This document shows, in pieces, positions 10,141 through 19,804 of a stretch of DNA of 64,000 nucleotides; the first letter of the stretch is position 1, and every line of letters starts with the position of its first letter. The stretch lies in IMG/VR virus record IMGVR_UViG_3300025407_001359. One strand, given 5' to 3'. The position numbers were made by a program, and so were the translations under genes. This DNA comes from a virus. Under the pieces are notes generated by a model. That model was not told the origin of the DNA and made no database searches. It worked only from the letters and a program-made list of their open reading frames with translations.

Positions 10141-10664
10141 AGTATGACAAGTATGGTCAGGCATATACCACAGAGTTGGAACTGTCGGATATGCTTTACC
10201 TAGATCCTGAACTAGACTTATCTAGATTCCAAGTTGCCGACCAACCAGGAATGTATAACGAATCGGTGCATAAAACCTACGCTGATTTTCCGTTGGTAAA
10301 GCCCTATGTGCCAATAGATGCTCGAGAGGATGTTCCAGTAGAACTGTTTGATTGGAGTCAGCAACAACGCTGGCGTATGCCAGAAGAATACCATACTATG
10401 GACATAGCACAGTGGGTCCTAGATCAATGTCAGACAGAGCCAGAACTGCAACGTGTGGGCCAAGAATTATTGCTGTATCAAGAACGTGAGCTGTTTGGAC
10501 TACTGCGTTACCTCAAGTATTTTGTAGACACTATGCGAGCCAATGGTGTGCTATGGGGTCTGGGTCGTGGATCCAGTACAGCCAGTTATGTGTTGTACCT
10601 GATTGGAGTTCACCGGATCAACAGCCTGTATTATGATCTTCCGATTGAAGAATTTTTGAAGTAA
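10137..10664 (+). CDS. Stand-alone DNA polymerase III alpha (DnaE)-like fragment
   Basis: RVGQELLLY...VLWGLGRGSSTASYVLYLIGVHRINSL matches the DnaE GRGS region; only 175 aa. Confidence 0.75.
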   Translation: MKYDKYGQAYTTELELSDMLYLDPELDLSRFQVADQPGMYNESVHKTYADFPLVKPYVPIDAREDVPVELFDWSQQQRWRMPEEYHTMDIAQWVLDQCQTEPELQRVGQELLLYQERELFGLLRYLKYFVDTMRANGVLWGLGRGSSTASYVLYLIGVHRINSLYYDLPIEEFLK

Positions 10665-10675
10665 ACTACCCACAT

Positions 10676-10683
10676 TATAAATA
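10676..10683 (+). promoter_or_regulatory. Late promoter TATAAATA
   Basis: Exact consensus, followed by AAGGAG SD and ATG 10705. Confidence 0.75.
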
Positions 10684-10704
10684 CCTACAACAAGGAGACA
10701 TCTA

Positions 10705-11178
10705 ATGTCAAGAGTATACAAATCAGCCCGTGGTAAAATGATAGATATGGATGCTGTAAAACTATCCAACGAACAATCTATTGCTGTTGGCAATATGAAA
10801 GTGAATGCTCGCGGTGACAAACTAGGCCCCGGCGGTCGTGTTGCAACTGGACGCAATCAAATCATGGACCAGGTCTACTCGGTAAATACTAGCAGTAGCA
10901 ATACCGGATACAGTCCCAATGATCCAGAAGTTTACGCAGAAAGACAAGCACAAATGGACCAAACCAAAGCAAAAAAATTGCACGACTTAGCCAATAATTT
11001 GGTTGAAACTGTGCCAGAAGAACAGGCAGTACCAAATGCCGCAGCCCAGGCCAATCCAGCAGTCGACGGAACAGCATCAACTCGCGGCAGCTTGGCCAGT
11101 AGTGTTGCAAAAACCACAGTGGTTACACAAAAGCCAATGGAAGATCCACGTAAACCAAAAGGTCCCACAAGAATTTAA
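10705..11178 (+). CDS. Hypothetical late protein
   Basis: 157 aa ORF with late promoter and SD. Confidence 0.7.
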   Translation: MSRVYKSARGKMIDMDAVKLSNEQSIAVGNMKVNARGDKLGPGGRVATGRNQIMDQVYSVNTSSSNTGYSPNDPEVYAERQAQMDQTKAKKLHDLANNLVETVPEEQAVPNAAAQANPAVDGTASTRGSLASSVAKTTVVTQKPMEDPRKPKGPTRI

Positions 11179-11180
11179 TT

Positions 11181-11555
11181 ATGTTTAAACCGATCCAAGT
11201 AGACAGCCTACGAGCACTGAATGATCACGTGTTGGTAGCTGATATGAATTTCAAAGAACGTAAACTAAGCAGTGGTATTTACTTGCTCAACGACGATGGC
11301 CGCGGTGCTGGTATTCGACCACGGTGGGCCAAAGTGTATGCTACCGGTCCTGAACAACAGGACATCACAGTTGGGCAATGGATTTTAGTTGCTCACGGAC
11401 GTTGGACCAGGGGCATCACCATTGAAGATCCCACCGGCGAAGTAACAATCCGTCGAGTTGACCCAAACGACATCTTATTGGTATCCGACACCGACCCAGG
11501 TGGCGACGATACTGTGTCTGACGCTACTCAAATCGACAGCAAAACTCGCTGGTAA
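11181..11555 (+). CDS. groES: GroES-like co-chaperonin
   Basis: LRALNDHVLV, SSGIYL mobile loop, VYATGP, VGQWILV; plausibly a capsid-folding co-chaperonin like T4 gp31. Confidence 0.8.
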   Translation: MFKPIQVDSLRALNDHVLVADMNFKERKLSSGIYLLNDDGRGAGIRPRWAKVYATGPEQQDITVGQWILVAHGRWTRGITIEDPTGEVTIRRVDPNDILLVSDTDPGGDDTVSDATQIDSKTRW

Positions 11556-11777
11556 ATGGGATTCCAAAAACCCAATCTGCACCCTGCCAAATTTGCCATA
11601 ATGAAAAGTTTGGCAGAAATTTCTAGTTCCTACAACGACGGTTTCACCGCTTTCACTTGCAAACAAGATCTTTATATGTTAAAATGTTGGTTAGAAGATG
11701 AATATAATCGTTTGCCAACATTTGCCGGGGAAGAACAATGGGAACAGGATCGAGTCGTACAAATACTCAAGCAGTAG
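11556..11777 (+). CDS. Hypothetical protein
   Basis: Abuts groES in the operon. Confidence 0.6.
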   Translation: MGFQKPNLHPAKFAIMKSLAEISSSYNDGFTAFTCKQDLYMLKCWLEDEYNRLPTFAGEEQWEQDRVVQILKQ

Positions 11778-11953
11778 CCAGAATCAAACAACCACCAAAA
11801 TGCAGCATTTGCCGACAGATTATTACAGATACCTGTACCTGGCGCCAAGGGCGTTGCCCACACGTACCAAGTATGATTGATCAAATTTTGGCCAATCCAT
11901 ACAAATCACGTTTTTACAACTTAATCAAATTTTTTAAAAGGAAATCAAAATGA
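11738..11953 (+). CDS. Small Cys-containing hypothetical protein
   Basis: CSIC...C...CPH; ATGA overlap with the next ORF; start uncertain. Confidence 0.45.
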   Translation: MGTGSSRTNTQAVARIKQPPKCSICRQIITDTCTWRQGRCPHVPSMIDQILANPYKSRFYNLIKFFKRKSK

Positions 11954-12126
11954 AAAATATCAACGATCTTAAACACGACCACCACTTTCAGGTCAGCGCA
12001 GTAAAAAGCGCATTCCGTTTAATTGCCTGCGGTGCTGTAATCCTAGCCGGAGTAGATGCACTAGGTGTGGCAGCGTTTTTGTTTGCTTTTGCTGAATTAT
12101 TGGGCGTAGGCGAAGAGCTAGTATGA
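11950..12126 (+). CDS. Small membrane protein (58 aa, not in the ORF track)
   Basis: Manual translation MKNINDLKHDHHFQVSAVKSAFRLIACGAVILAGVDALGVAAFLFAFAELLGVGEELV; ATGA overlaps at both ends. Confidence 0.7.
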   Translation: MKNINDLKHDHHFQVSAVKSAFRLIACGAVILAGVDALGVAAFLFAFAELLGVGEELV

Positions 12127-12314
12127 GAAATCTCAAACTAGTTGATGCAGTTATCCAACTACACGATATTGCTCGACTGGTACTAGAAGAAGCCGAGGAT
12201 CGGGTACTACACGATGCACTGAGAAAATGTGCAGATCGGTTACACAAGCACTCGATTGCCGACGACAAAGCCAATACAATAGCACAAGAACTTATTAAAC
12301 AGGTAAAAGAATGA
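12123..12314 (+). CDS. Hypothetical protein
   Basis: 63 aa, coupled overlaps. Confidence 0.6.
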   Translation: MRNLKLVDAVIQLHDIARLVLEEAEDRVLHDALRKCADRLHKHSIADDKANTIAQELIKQVKE

Positions 12315-13237
12315 AAGAACTCTGGACAGAAAAATATCGCCCCAAGACTGTGGGTGATTATGTATTCACTGATGCCAATCAACGTGAACAGGTAGATGCT
12401 TGGATTCGCGATGGTGCTATTCCGCATATCTTGTTGAGCGGATCGCCTGGCACGGGCAAAACTACACTGGCAAAGGTCCTGATCAATGAACTGGGAATCG
12501 AAGAATACGACACCTTACACATCAACGCTTCAAGAGATAACGGAGTCGACTTTATTAAAACCCGAGTGGAAGGCTTTGTTAGTACAATGCCATTTGGTGC
12601 GTTCAAAGTGGTCCTTCTTGACGAAGCCGACTACCTAACACACAATGCTCAGGCTATTATGCGTGGACTTATGGAAACGTATCAAGAGTCGGCACGTTTT
12701 ATCTTGACCTGTAATATGCCACACAAGATTATTCCAGCACTACACAGTCGTTGTCAAGGGTTCCACATTGACAAATCGGATGTGACAGAGTTTACAGCAC
12801 GTGCGGCCACAGTATTGGTCACTGAAGACGTGACATTTGAATTAGATACACTTGACAGCTATGTCAAAGCCACATACCCAGACTTACGCAAGTGTTTGAA
12901 CCTGTTGCAGGCCAATAGTACTACGGGTACACTATCTACTCCCGGCGAAAACGATCGCGGAGTCAAAGACTGGAAACTGGATGCTGTTACACTATTCAAA
13001 GCTGGCAAGATTTTAGATGCACGTAAGGTAATCTGCGCTCAGGCCGGCAGTGAAGAAATGGATGAACTGTTTCGCTGGATGTATGACAATTTAGAACTAT
13101 GGAGTCGTGACCCAGCCGGTCAAGACGAAGCAATCTTGGTTATCCGTAAAGGATTGGTCAACCACCCAATGTGTGCTGACCCCGAAATCAACTTGTCGGC
13201 CACTCTCATTGAATTGACACAAATAGGAAACGAATGA
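12311..13237 (+). CDS. Clamp loader AAA+ subunit (RFC/T4 gp44-like)
   Basis: WTEKYRP, Walker A GSPGTGKT, NAS, Walker B LLDEAD, SRC motif. Confidence 0.93.
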   Translation: MKELWTEKYRPKTVGDYVFTDANQREQVDAWIRDGAIPHILLSGSPGTGKTTLAKVLINELGIEEYDTLHINASRDNGVDFIKTRVEGFVSTMPFGAFKVVLLDEADYLTHNAQAIMRGLMETYQESARFILTCNMPHKIIPALHSRCQGFHIDKSDVTEFTARAATVLVTEDVTFELDTLDSYVKATYPDLRKCLNLLQANSTTGTLSTPGENDRGVKDWKLDAVTLFKAGKILDARKVICAQAGSEEMDELFRWMYDNLELWSRDPAGQDEAILVIRKGLVNHPMCADPEINLSATLIELTQIGNE

Positions 13238-13611
13238 AAATCAAAGACATACACTTAATTGCATTTTATGTGCAAAAGCCACGCCCGGGTGTGCAGACAC
13301 AAATTGCCGGTTGGACAAAAGATCCCAACAATTTCCAATACGATGAACGTGTAGAATTTACCAAAGGTTTGTCTGGCAAGGATCGTCAGTATGCCGGTGT
13401 TATTCTAAACCTCAACACCAAGACTGTGGTCTACAACAAGTTCGGCAAGGAAAAAACATTTGATGATCTGTTTAAATATTTCCTAGAAGCCTACACACAA
13501 CAAGTTGGTACTGTTATGGCACAACTTGATGTGGATTATCTAAAACAGTTTATTCCCGAAGATGAACCCGCAGTAGAGGAAGCTCCAGTTGAAGAAACTA
13601 AAGCTGAGTGA
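13234..13611 (+). CDS. Hypothetical protein
   Basis: 125 aa, ATGA-coupled to the clamp loader. Confidence 0.65.
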   Translation: MKIKDIHLIAFYVQKPRPGVQTQIAGWTKDPNNFQYDERVEFTKGLSGKDRQYAGVILNLNTKTVVYNKFGKEKTFDDLFKYFLEAYTQQVGTVMAQLDVDYLKQFIPEDEPAVEEAPVEETKAE

Positions 13612-13912
13612 AACCGGTGACCGCGGTTGGTTTATTGGCGACTTTCCCAAGTCTGTATTGACAACAGATTTGTTTGAAGTTTGCTTTCAGACCAACGCTG
13701 CTGGCACCAGTTATCCACGTCACTACCATCGAGAAATTACCGAAGTACAGTTGATCACTCGAGGCTGTATGGTGCTCAACGGCGAAGAATATCGTGCTGG
13801 TGACATCTGTGTTATCGAACCCGGTGATATCAATGAAGCCTATTACACCGAAGATACCGATACTGTTGCCGTCAAAGCGCCCAGTCGACCGCAGGATAAA
13901 TATCTAGTATGA
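13589..13912 (+). CDS. Cupin-fold protein
   Basis: RHYHREITEVQLITRG...GDICVIEPG cupin motifs. Confidence 0.75.
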   Translation: MKKLKLSETGDRGWFIGDFPKSVLTTDLFEVCFQTNAAGTSYPRHYHREITEVQLITRGCMVLNGEEYRAGDICVIEPGDINEAYYTEDTDTVAVKAPSRPQDKYLV

Positions 13913-14154
13913 GTATGTTTGATATGTATCGCACCAAAAAGAAACCCAAGGTCGTGGACCCAAATGCACCACCACGTCCCAACTTGCTGAATCACGAAAA
14001 ACGACTCAAAGAAGCCACTGGCACACTGGAGCAAGTACAGCAAGAAAATCACGAATTGCGCCGCAGAATCGACTCGTTAGAAGGCAAAATGATCACACAA
14101 AACGCCTATCTAAGCCAATTACACCAGTATATATCAAGGCTCAAACGCGGTTGA
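13909..14154 (+). CDS. Coiled-coil hypothetical protein
   Basis: Heptad-rich C-terminal half. Confidence 0.6.
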   Translation: MSMFDMYRTKKKPKVVDPNAPPRPNLLNHEKRLKEATGTLEQVQQENHELRRRIDSLEGKMITQNAYLSQLHQYISRLKRG

Positions 14155-14179
14155 CCGATAAATTCCGAAATGCTATAAT
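14151..14179 (+). promoter_or_regulatory. Sigma70-type promoter
   Basis: TTGACC-17 nt-TATAAT; ATG 5 nt after the -10 box, so likely leaderless. Confidence 0.8.
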
Positions 14180-14184
14180 ACAGT

Positions 14185-14871
14185 ATGAAATCGGATAACA
14201 GTCAACCAAAAATGAAAAAACAAAATCGTTACCCCACAACCCAGGCATTAATGGCCGCTGTGGCCGCCTACGAATTCAACAATCGCACCGTTGTACGTGA
14301 AACTGTCACGGTTGATGGAGTAGAAACTCGTTCCAATCGTCAACTTATTTTGGACAGCCTAAACGGCACATTTGTCCACAATGAGTTTTATCAAAAGCAA
14401 GCAGAATCAATTATCACGTATCTGCAACAAACAGGCCTGATGCAAACACTTGCAAATGGCAAAACAGATCCGTTCATTGGCAATATCATTGGCCTGTTGA
14501 CAGAACAAGAAATCAATTATCGTGACCTGGGCCTGTTGGCCTGGGCACCCAAAGTGGCCGATGACTATCAACGCAAAGACGCAGTACGTGAAATCAGTGC
14601 TCGTTATGAAAGCGGTAGTCGCTATATTGGCAAGATAGGCGATAAAATTTTAACCCAATTTACCTTGATTGAAAGTCGTTTCGTACACACGCTCGAGTGC
14701 TATGCGGTATACGGACACGACGAATACAATAACCTGATATTTTATTGGGCCAAGGATCAAAAGAAAGTGGTCACCAGCGGTCGTATACAAGGTCGTGTCA
14801 AAGCACAGCAACTGGACCACCGCCACGGTGATGCACGTGTTACCACATTAAATTATGTAAAGGCAGTATGA
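14185..14871 (+). CDS. Hypothetical protein, possible C-terminal OB-like domain
   Basis: 228 aa; ends in SRYIGKIGDKI...TTLNYVK. Confidence 0.6.
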   Translation: MKSDNSQPKMKKQNRYPTTQALMAAVAAYEFNNRTVVRETVTVDGVETRSNRQLILDSLNGTFVHNEFYQKQAESIITYLQQTGLMQTLANGKTDPFIGNIIGLLTEQEINYRDLGLLAWAPKVADDYQRKDAVREISARYESGSRYIGKIGDKILTQFTLIESRFVHTLECYAVYGHDEYNNLIFYWAKDQKKVVTSGRIQGRVKAQQLDHRHGDARVTTLNYVKAV

Positions 14872-15452
14872 AAGAAAGTACTATATTAGTAGATGCAGAT
14901 GGTGTATTGCTCAATTGGGAATATGCTTTTGAAATTTGGATGGAGCAACACGGGTTTGAACAAATACCCGGTGGCAACTTGGACTACGACATTGGCAAGC
15001 GTTATGGTATCAGTCGTGAGCAAACCACACGATTGATCAAGATGTTTAACGAAAGTGCTGCCATTGGATTTATTCCACCACTACGTGATGCTATGCACTA
15101 TGTAGAAAAATTGCACCGGGAACACGGATATGTGTTCCATTGCATCACCAGTGTAAGCTCAGACCCCAATGCTATCAAATTGCGTGAAATGAACCTGCGC
15201 AAGTTGTTTGGCAAAACAGTATTTCAAAAGATTGTGTGCTTGGATACCGGTGCCGACAAAGATGAAGCTCTGTATCCGTATAGAGACACCGGATGCTGGT
15301 GGATCGAAGACAAGCCACAGAATGCTGTGACCGGCGCCGAGCTGGGACTCAACAGCTTATTGATGGAACACGGTCATAATATGAACTATTATCACGACCA
15401 CGTTCGCACCGTTAAAAACTGGGAAGAAGTTTACCGAATAATTGTTGGTTAA
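14868..15452 (+). CDS. HAD-family phosphatase (5'(3')-deoxyribonucleotidase-like)
   Basis: ILVDADGVLLNW (DxD motif I), WIEDK. Confidence 0.8.
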   Translation: MKESTILVDADGVLLNWEYAFEIWMEQHGFEQIPGGNLDYDIGKRYGISREQTTRLIKMFNESAAIGFIPPLRDAMHYVEKLHREHGYVFHCITSVSSDPNAIKLREMNLRKLFGKTVFQKIVCLDTGADKDEALYPYRDTGCWWIEDKPQNAVTGAELGLNSLLMEHGHNMNYYHDHVRTVKNWEEVYRIIVG

Positions 15453-16225
15453 ACTTCCTTGTAAATCTTTAGAATCTCAAGAACAGCCGGGTGGCGTTGT
15501 ATGTCTCGGTGATCAAAATCAATACCGGAGACGTATTTACAACTGCTATAGTCATCTACTAAGCGTTGGAAATTGAGAAGACCGTTGTTGTCTTCCCGTC
15601 TGTCTGCTTGTCGAGTGTCACCAGTTACGATCATTTTACTGCCTTCGCCTAATCGCGTGAGTAACATTTTCATCTGACTTGGGGTCGCGTTTTGCATTTC
15701 GTCTGCAATAATCCACGAATTTTTAAATGTTCTACCTCTCATATATGCCAGTGGAGAAATCTCAATCTGGTTGTCATCTAGCATACGTGCAATTTCGCTT
15801 TGGCGATAGTATTCACCGACGATGTCAAAAATAGGACGGGTCCACGGAGCCATCTTTTCATTTAGATCGCCTGGTAAAAATCCGTGTTCCTCATCATCGA
15901 CACCTACGGCTGGTCGAGTTATTACTATACGCTCACAGGTTCCTGCTCTAAACGCTCGGAGTGCGGCCAATACGGCCAACATAGTTTTACCTGTACCAGC
16001 TGGGCCGGTTGCAAAAACTATTAGTTTGCTTGGATCTGTTAAGAGGTCAATATAGGTTTCTTGTTTGAGACTTTTTGGGAGAAGTGTTATTGGACGTTGT
16101 TGCTGTGGTGCCTTTCGGAAAGTGTCCAATACCACGGTGTTGTTGCTTTTAAAATTGTTGCCATTACTGCTGATACTGCTGTCATTTACTAATAGGGCCG
16201 AAGCTCTTTTCTGACGTTTGGACAA
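15449..16225 (-). CDS. phoH: PhoH-family ATPase
   Basis: GPAGTGKT, RPAV, GFLPGDL.EK, RGRTF, DEMQN, GDTRQAD; TTG start after GGAGG; late CTAAATA at 16276-16270. Confidence 0.95.
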   Translation of the reverse strand: MSKRQKRASALLVNDSSISSNGNNFKSNNTVVLDTFRKAPQQQRPITLLPKSLKQETYIDLLTDPSKLIVFATGPAGTGKTMLAVLAALRAFRAGTCERIVITRPAVGVDDEEHGFLPGDLNEKMAPWTRPIFDIVGEYYRQSEIARMLDDNQIEISPLAYMRGRTFKNSWIIADEMQNATPSQMKMLLTRLGEGSKMIVTGDTRQADRREDNNGLLNFQRLVDDYSSCKYVSGIDFDHRDIQRHPAVLEILKIYKEV

Positions 16226-16313
16226 TGTTGCCTCCATTGAGTGTAGTAGTGTCGTGCTACCTACACAAATATTTAGGTACTATTGTCCGGGCCAAAAACT
16301 ACTTGTTTATTGT

Positions 16314-16889
16314 TTACGTAGGAAGATAAGTATTAGACGGACCTGAATTATGAATCCATTCTGCGTAAATTCTGTTGTTGCTATCCCAATCCATTTCACC
16401 AATTCTGTAATTAAATAATTGACTCAGTCGCACGTGTTCGTCAAACGACCAGTCGTAGAATGGAATATGTTCACATTCGGCATTGCCGTGATCGGCCCGC
16501 CCTGGATTGCAACGCCAGTAGATTCTGGTATCACGTGTGCGCAGTATTTTGGTTAACAAATTGATTTGATGTTCAATATCTTCTCTTGTGCCAAAGTTGA
16601 TACTGCCCAAACAAAAGGCCACGTTGAATCGCTGTATAATTCCCCGAGACACAAATTCTTCCAAACTACATTGATAATCAGCTTCAGCAAAAGCCGGATC
16701 AATTCCAACCAAATTTGGTATATGCCCACGAAATGGGTTAACGCCGCAACCAACGTCGATCACTGTTTCTCCGGCATTGATTTTTTCAATTAAGCGTTCG
16801 CCAGTGTATTGGTACTGTCCGATGGAACGATTTCTTTGGCGCCAGGCGCCAGCGAAATAAGTATTAAGAGCTTGTTGATCGATTGTCAT
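16314..16889 (-). CDS. Class I SAM-dependent methyltransferase-like protein
   Basis: VIDVGCGVNPF motif I; VAFCLGSINF. Confidence 0.7.
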   Translation of the reverse strand: MTIDQQALNTYFAGAWRQRNRSIGQYQYTGERLIEKINAGETVIDVGCGVNPFRGHIPNLVGIDPAFAEADYQCSLEEFVSRGIIQRFNVAFCLGSINFGTREDIEHQINLLTKILRTRDTRIYWRCNPGRADHGNAECEHIPFYDWSFDEHVRLSQLFNYRIGEMDWDSNNRIYAEWIHNSGPSNTYLPT

Positions 16890-16900
16890 ATTACTATTTA

Positions 16901-17521
16901 ATGAATACCATTCTTGATTATAAAATTATCTTGATCCTTTTTCATCCACTGACCGGAGGTAATCACCTGGCCAATTTGATTTCTACTTCGGCCCGAGTAG
17001 CAAATCGGGTGCAACATCCTGATTATCTTGCATATATGCTAGAACAATATTCTATTGATAGAAAAACATTTCACGTGACAGAAATTGATAACTGCGGCAT
17101 ACAAAACATTGCAAAAACGATAGAAACAGTAACAAATTCAACCTTACCATATGTTTTGGCCGGGCATATTGACGAAGCTTATCGAGTTGAACAGAAAGTA
17201 CAATCTTTGGGCCCTATCAAGTATATAAGATTGCACGATTTTATTTTGCCCAACATAGTTAAACAAAAAATTGATATTCCGGATTTGTTGTCTTGGTTGT
17301 ACAGCGACGAAATAGTGGACAAACTATTTGACACCAACGATACTGTGGACATAAGTTTAACCAATTTGTTTTCAAATGACATTGCTCCGGTTGTTAATAA
17401 ACTGAATAACGTGTTACAATTAGACCTAGATTTGGCATTTTGCCAACAACTTCATGATCTTTGGTTACCAGTGGTATCGCAAAGAATGCAAACAAACAAA
17501 ATAAAGGCTCTACGCATATGA
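16901..17521 (+). CDS. Hypothetical protein, possibly sulfotransferase/P-loop-like
   Basis: ILFHPLTGGNHLANLI near the N-terminus; ATGA-coupled to the Bug gene. Confidence 0.45.
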   Translation: MNTILDYKIILILFHPLTGGNHLANLISTSARVANRVQHPDYLAYMLEQYSIDRKTFHVTEIDNCGIQNIAKTIETVTNSTLPYVLAGHIDEAYRVEQKVQSLGPIKYIRLHDFILPNIVKQKIDIPDLLSWLYSDEIVDKLFDTNDTVDISLTNLFSNDIAPVVNKLNNVLQLDLDLAFCQQLHDLWLPVVSQRMQTNKIKALRI

Positions 17522-18468
17522 AACGTTTTTTAGCTTTGCTGTTATTATTACCTGTTGTTGCCTTGGCTTGGCAACCCGAACGGTCTGTTATATCCGTTGT
17601 TGGATTTGCTCCTGGAGCCGGCAACGAGCTGGCGTTTAGGCAAGCCAGTGCTATTGTTACAAAAAACAATCCTAAAATCTCTTTTGTAATAGAAAATCGA
17701 CCCGGTGCCGATTCGGTGGTGGCGCAAAATCATATGTTAACCGCCCCTCCTGATGGTTATACCTTAAGTATACCCAGTCATATGAGTTTGTTTGTAACCA
17801 ACGATATATGGCAACGAGACATTAAAAAGTTTCAGTACAACAGTTTTGTCAATGTAGTTACCTTGGGTAAAAGCCCGTTGGCTGTTGTAACAACTGCAAA
17901 AAGTGTAATTGCCACCCCAGAAGAATTCACAGCACTATTAACCATGGGCTATCGTCCAGTCAATATAGCCATTGGTGGCGGAGCACATCAAATGGCCTAT
18001 GAATATATTATGTGGCGAGTCAACGGCAACCGCGAGCAGGTTAAAATGATTCGCTATCCCGGACCACTACAGGCTGTTACTGCTGTTGCTAGTGAGCAGA
18101 CAGAGTTTGGAATTATGCCTATTGCTGTTGCTCGTCCTTTGATCGAAGCCGGCCGGGTTAAACTAATTGGCCTAACTACCAATAACACTATGGGCGGTAT
18201 GCCTACTATGGCCCGTGCTGTACCTGGACTCAATGTGTCAGCCGGATGGATGATAAGTTTACCGCCCAATACACCCCGAGACATAGTCGACTGGTATCAA
18301 CGAGAATTCAGTCGTGCTATCAAGAGCCGAGAGTATCAGGAATGGGCACGAGCCAACTATGTGTATACTGTCGACTCTGAACTAACATCAGCCGGTGTGC
18401 AACATTACGCAGAAGAATTACGCCGAACATTTGAACCAATAATTCCACACGTAAGTCGAGAACAATGA
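17518..18468 (+). CDS. Bug/TctC-family (tripartite tricarboxylate transporter) solute-binding protein
   Basis: Signal peptide; GFAPGAG, VIENRPGA, APPDGYTL, YPG...AVTAV, W...PPNTP.DIV. Confidence 0.88.
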   Translation: MKRFLALLLLLPVVALAWQPERSVISVVGFAPGAGNELAFRQASAIVTKNNPKISFVIENRPGADSVVAQNHMLTAPPDGYTLSIPSHMSLFVTNDIWQRDIKKFQYNSFVNVVTLGKSPLAVVTTAKSVIATPEEFTALLTMGYRPVNIAIGGGAHQMAYEYIMWRVNGNREQVKMIRYPGPLQAVTAVASEQTEFGIMPIAVARPLIEAGRVKLIGLTTNNTMGGMPTMARAVPGLNVSAGWMISLPPNTPRDIVDWYQREFSRAIKSREYQEWARANYVYTVDSELTSAGVQHYAEELRRTFEPIIPHVSREQ

Positions 18469-19079
18469 AATATATTTTTTTAGCAGGAGTACCAGGTTCT
18501 AAATGGTCCAGTGTTGCACGAAACATCTACTACAGCAACAGCATTGATCGTTCTGACTACAGTGAGGATAGAGTCTATTCACACTCGGCCAGCGGTAGCC
18601 TAGCGCCTATGCACGTGGGTGCTTACTGGGATCCAGGTATGGAGTTTGGCAACTGGTTTGATCGGTTAGACCAACACAGCCAATTGGAATGCGAAGCAGA
18701 ATTTGATAGGCCGTTTACAGGCACTGGTATACGTATTATCAAAAGCCACGTGTTTTGTTATTACCTGAATTTTTTAAAACGCACCTGGCCTGATTGCCCG
18801 GTTGTATTGGTACACCGCGGTGATGATGCTAGCCTGGGCTGGTGGGTCAAGTGTGGGCATTTCGATATCAAATATCCCAACTACAAGCCCTACTACAAAG
18901 ATTTAAAAAATATGGCTGTGGAAATAGCCCGACAAAACGCTGCAATGCGACCGCAATGGGAACACGCCAGTTTTGTACACAACAACTTGGACCTTTGTGA
19001 GCAACTGGGCATTGAGCCACCGCCCGCCGAATACCGACAGAACTACGCAGAACATAAAATACGAGTAAAAATACTATGA
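18465..19079 (+). CDS. Sulfotransferase/P-loop-like hypothetical protein
   Basis: YIFLAGVPGSKWSSV, IIKSH, VVLVHR resemble PAPS-binding elements. Confidence 0.45.
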   Translation: MKYIFLAGVPGSKWSSVARNIYYSNSIDRSDYSEDRVYSHSASGSLAPMHVGAYWDPGMEFGNWFDRLDQHSQLECEAEFDRPFTGTGIRIIKSHVFCYYLNFLKRTWPDCPVVLVHRGDDASLGWWVKCGHFDIKYPNYKPYYKDLKNMAVEIARQNAAMRPQWEHASFVHNNLDLCEQLGIEPPPAEYRQNYAEHKIRVKIL

Positions 19080-19804
19080 GCAATATACCTGAAATAGATT
19101 GGAAGGGCAGTCGTTGGAAAGGCACCAAGGCCATGAGCCAATGGCACTTTGATACAACACGTCCGCCTGAACCCGGCGTCGACAGTTTTACCTATGTTGG
19201 CAGATTTGAAGCTGATTTTACCGAAGCCATTGCACAAGGTCTAGTATTGGTCAAACCGACCAGCTGGGCTGACCGTAACAAATACAAAATCAAAGAAGAA
19301 TTGTATACTGCCAGTGCCGAAGAAGCAGACTTGATACGTGCTGGCGCTGACCCCAAGATGGAAATTTACAGTCGTAGCAACGCTGGACACATTGGAAAAT
19401 TTGCCTTGATCGCTGGGCACCTGGGTATGTCCAAATGCGACATCAACTTTCACAACCAAACCACAGGTCAAATGTTGGTCACACACATCGATAACTTTCC
19501 CGGTAATCACAGCAGACAAAATTCATTCAAGGTTACCAAATTTGATCAAAACCCCGAGCTGATCAGACGTTTTGTTATTATGTTGGCTGACTGGCAGTTG
19601 GGACAAGTGTTTCAATTGGGCAATGCTATGTGGACACAATGGCGAGCCGGTGATTGCATCACGTGGGAATGGCAAGATATTCCACACGCCACTTGCAATA
19701 TGGGTTGGTGGGATAGACCTATGTTGCAGGTCACAGGAAATGTTACTGAAGCCACCAAAAAAATATTGGCCAATGCCGGACCCAATCAAATAATCACACT
19801 ATGA
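19076..19804 (+). CDS. 2OG-Fe(II) oxygenase/cupin-like protein
   Basis: HID...PH.T.N...R HxD...H triad. Confidence 0.6.
   Translation: MSNIPEIDWKGSRWKGTKAMSQWHFDTTRPPEPGVDSFTYVGRFEADFTEAIAQGLVLVKPTSWADRNKYKIKEELYTASAEEADLIRAGADPKMEIYSRSNAGHIGKFALIAGHLGMSKCDINFHNQTTGQMLVTHIDNFPGNHSRQNSFKVTKFDQNPELIRRFVIMLADWQLGQVFQLGNAMWTQWRAGDCITWEWQDIPHATCNMGWWDRPMLQVTGNVTEATKKILANAGPNQIITL

Noticed and set aside
16241-16266. Hairpin in the phoH leader
   Set aside because: The stem is real but does not cover the SD, so a regulatory role is unsupported.
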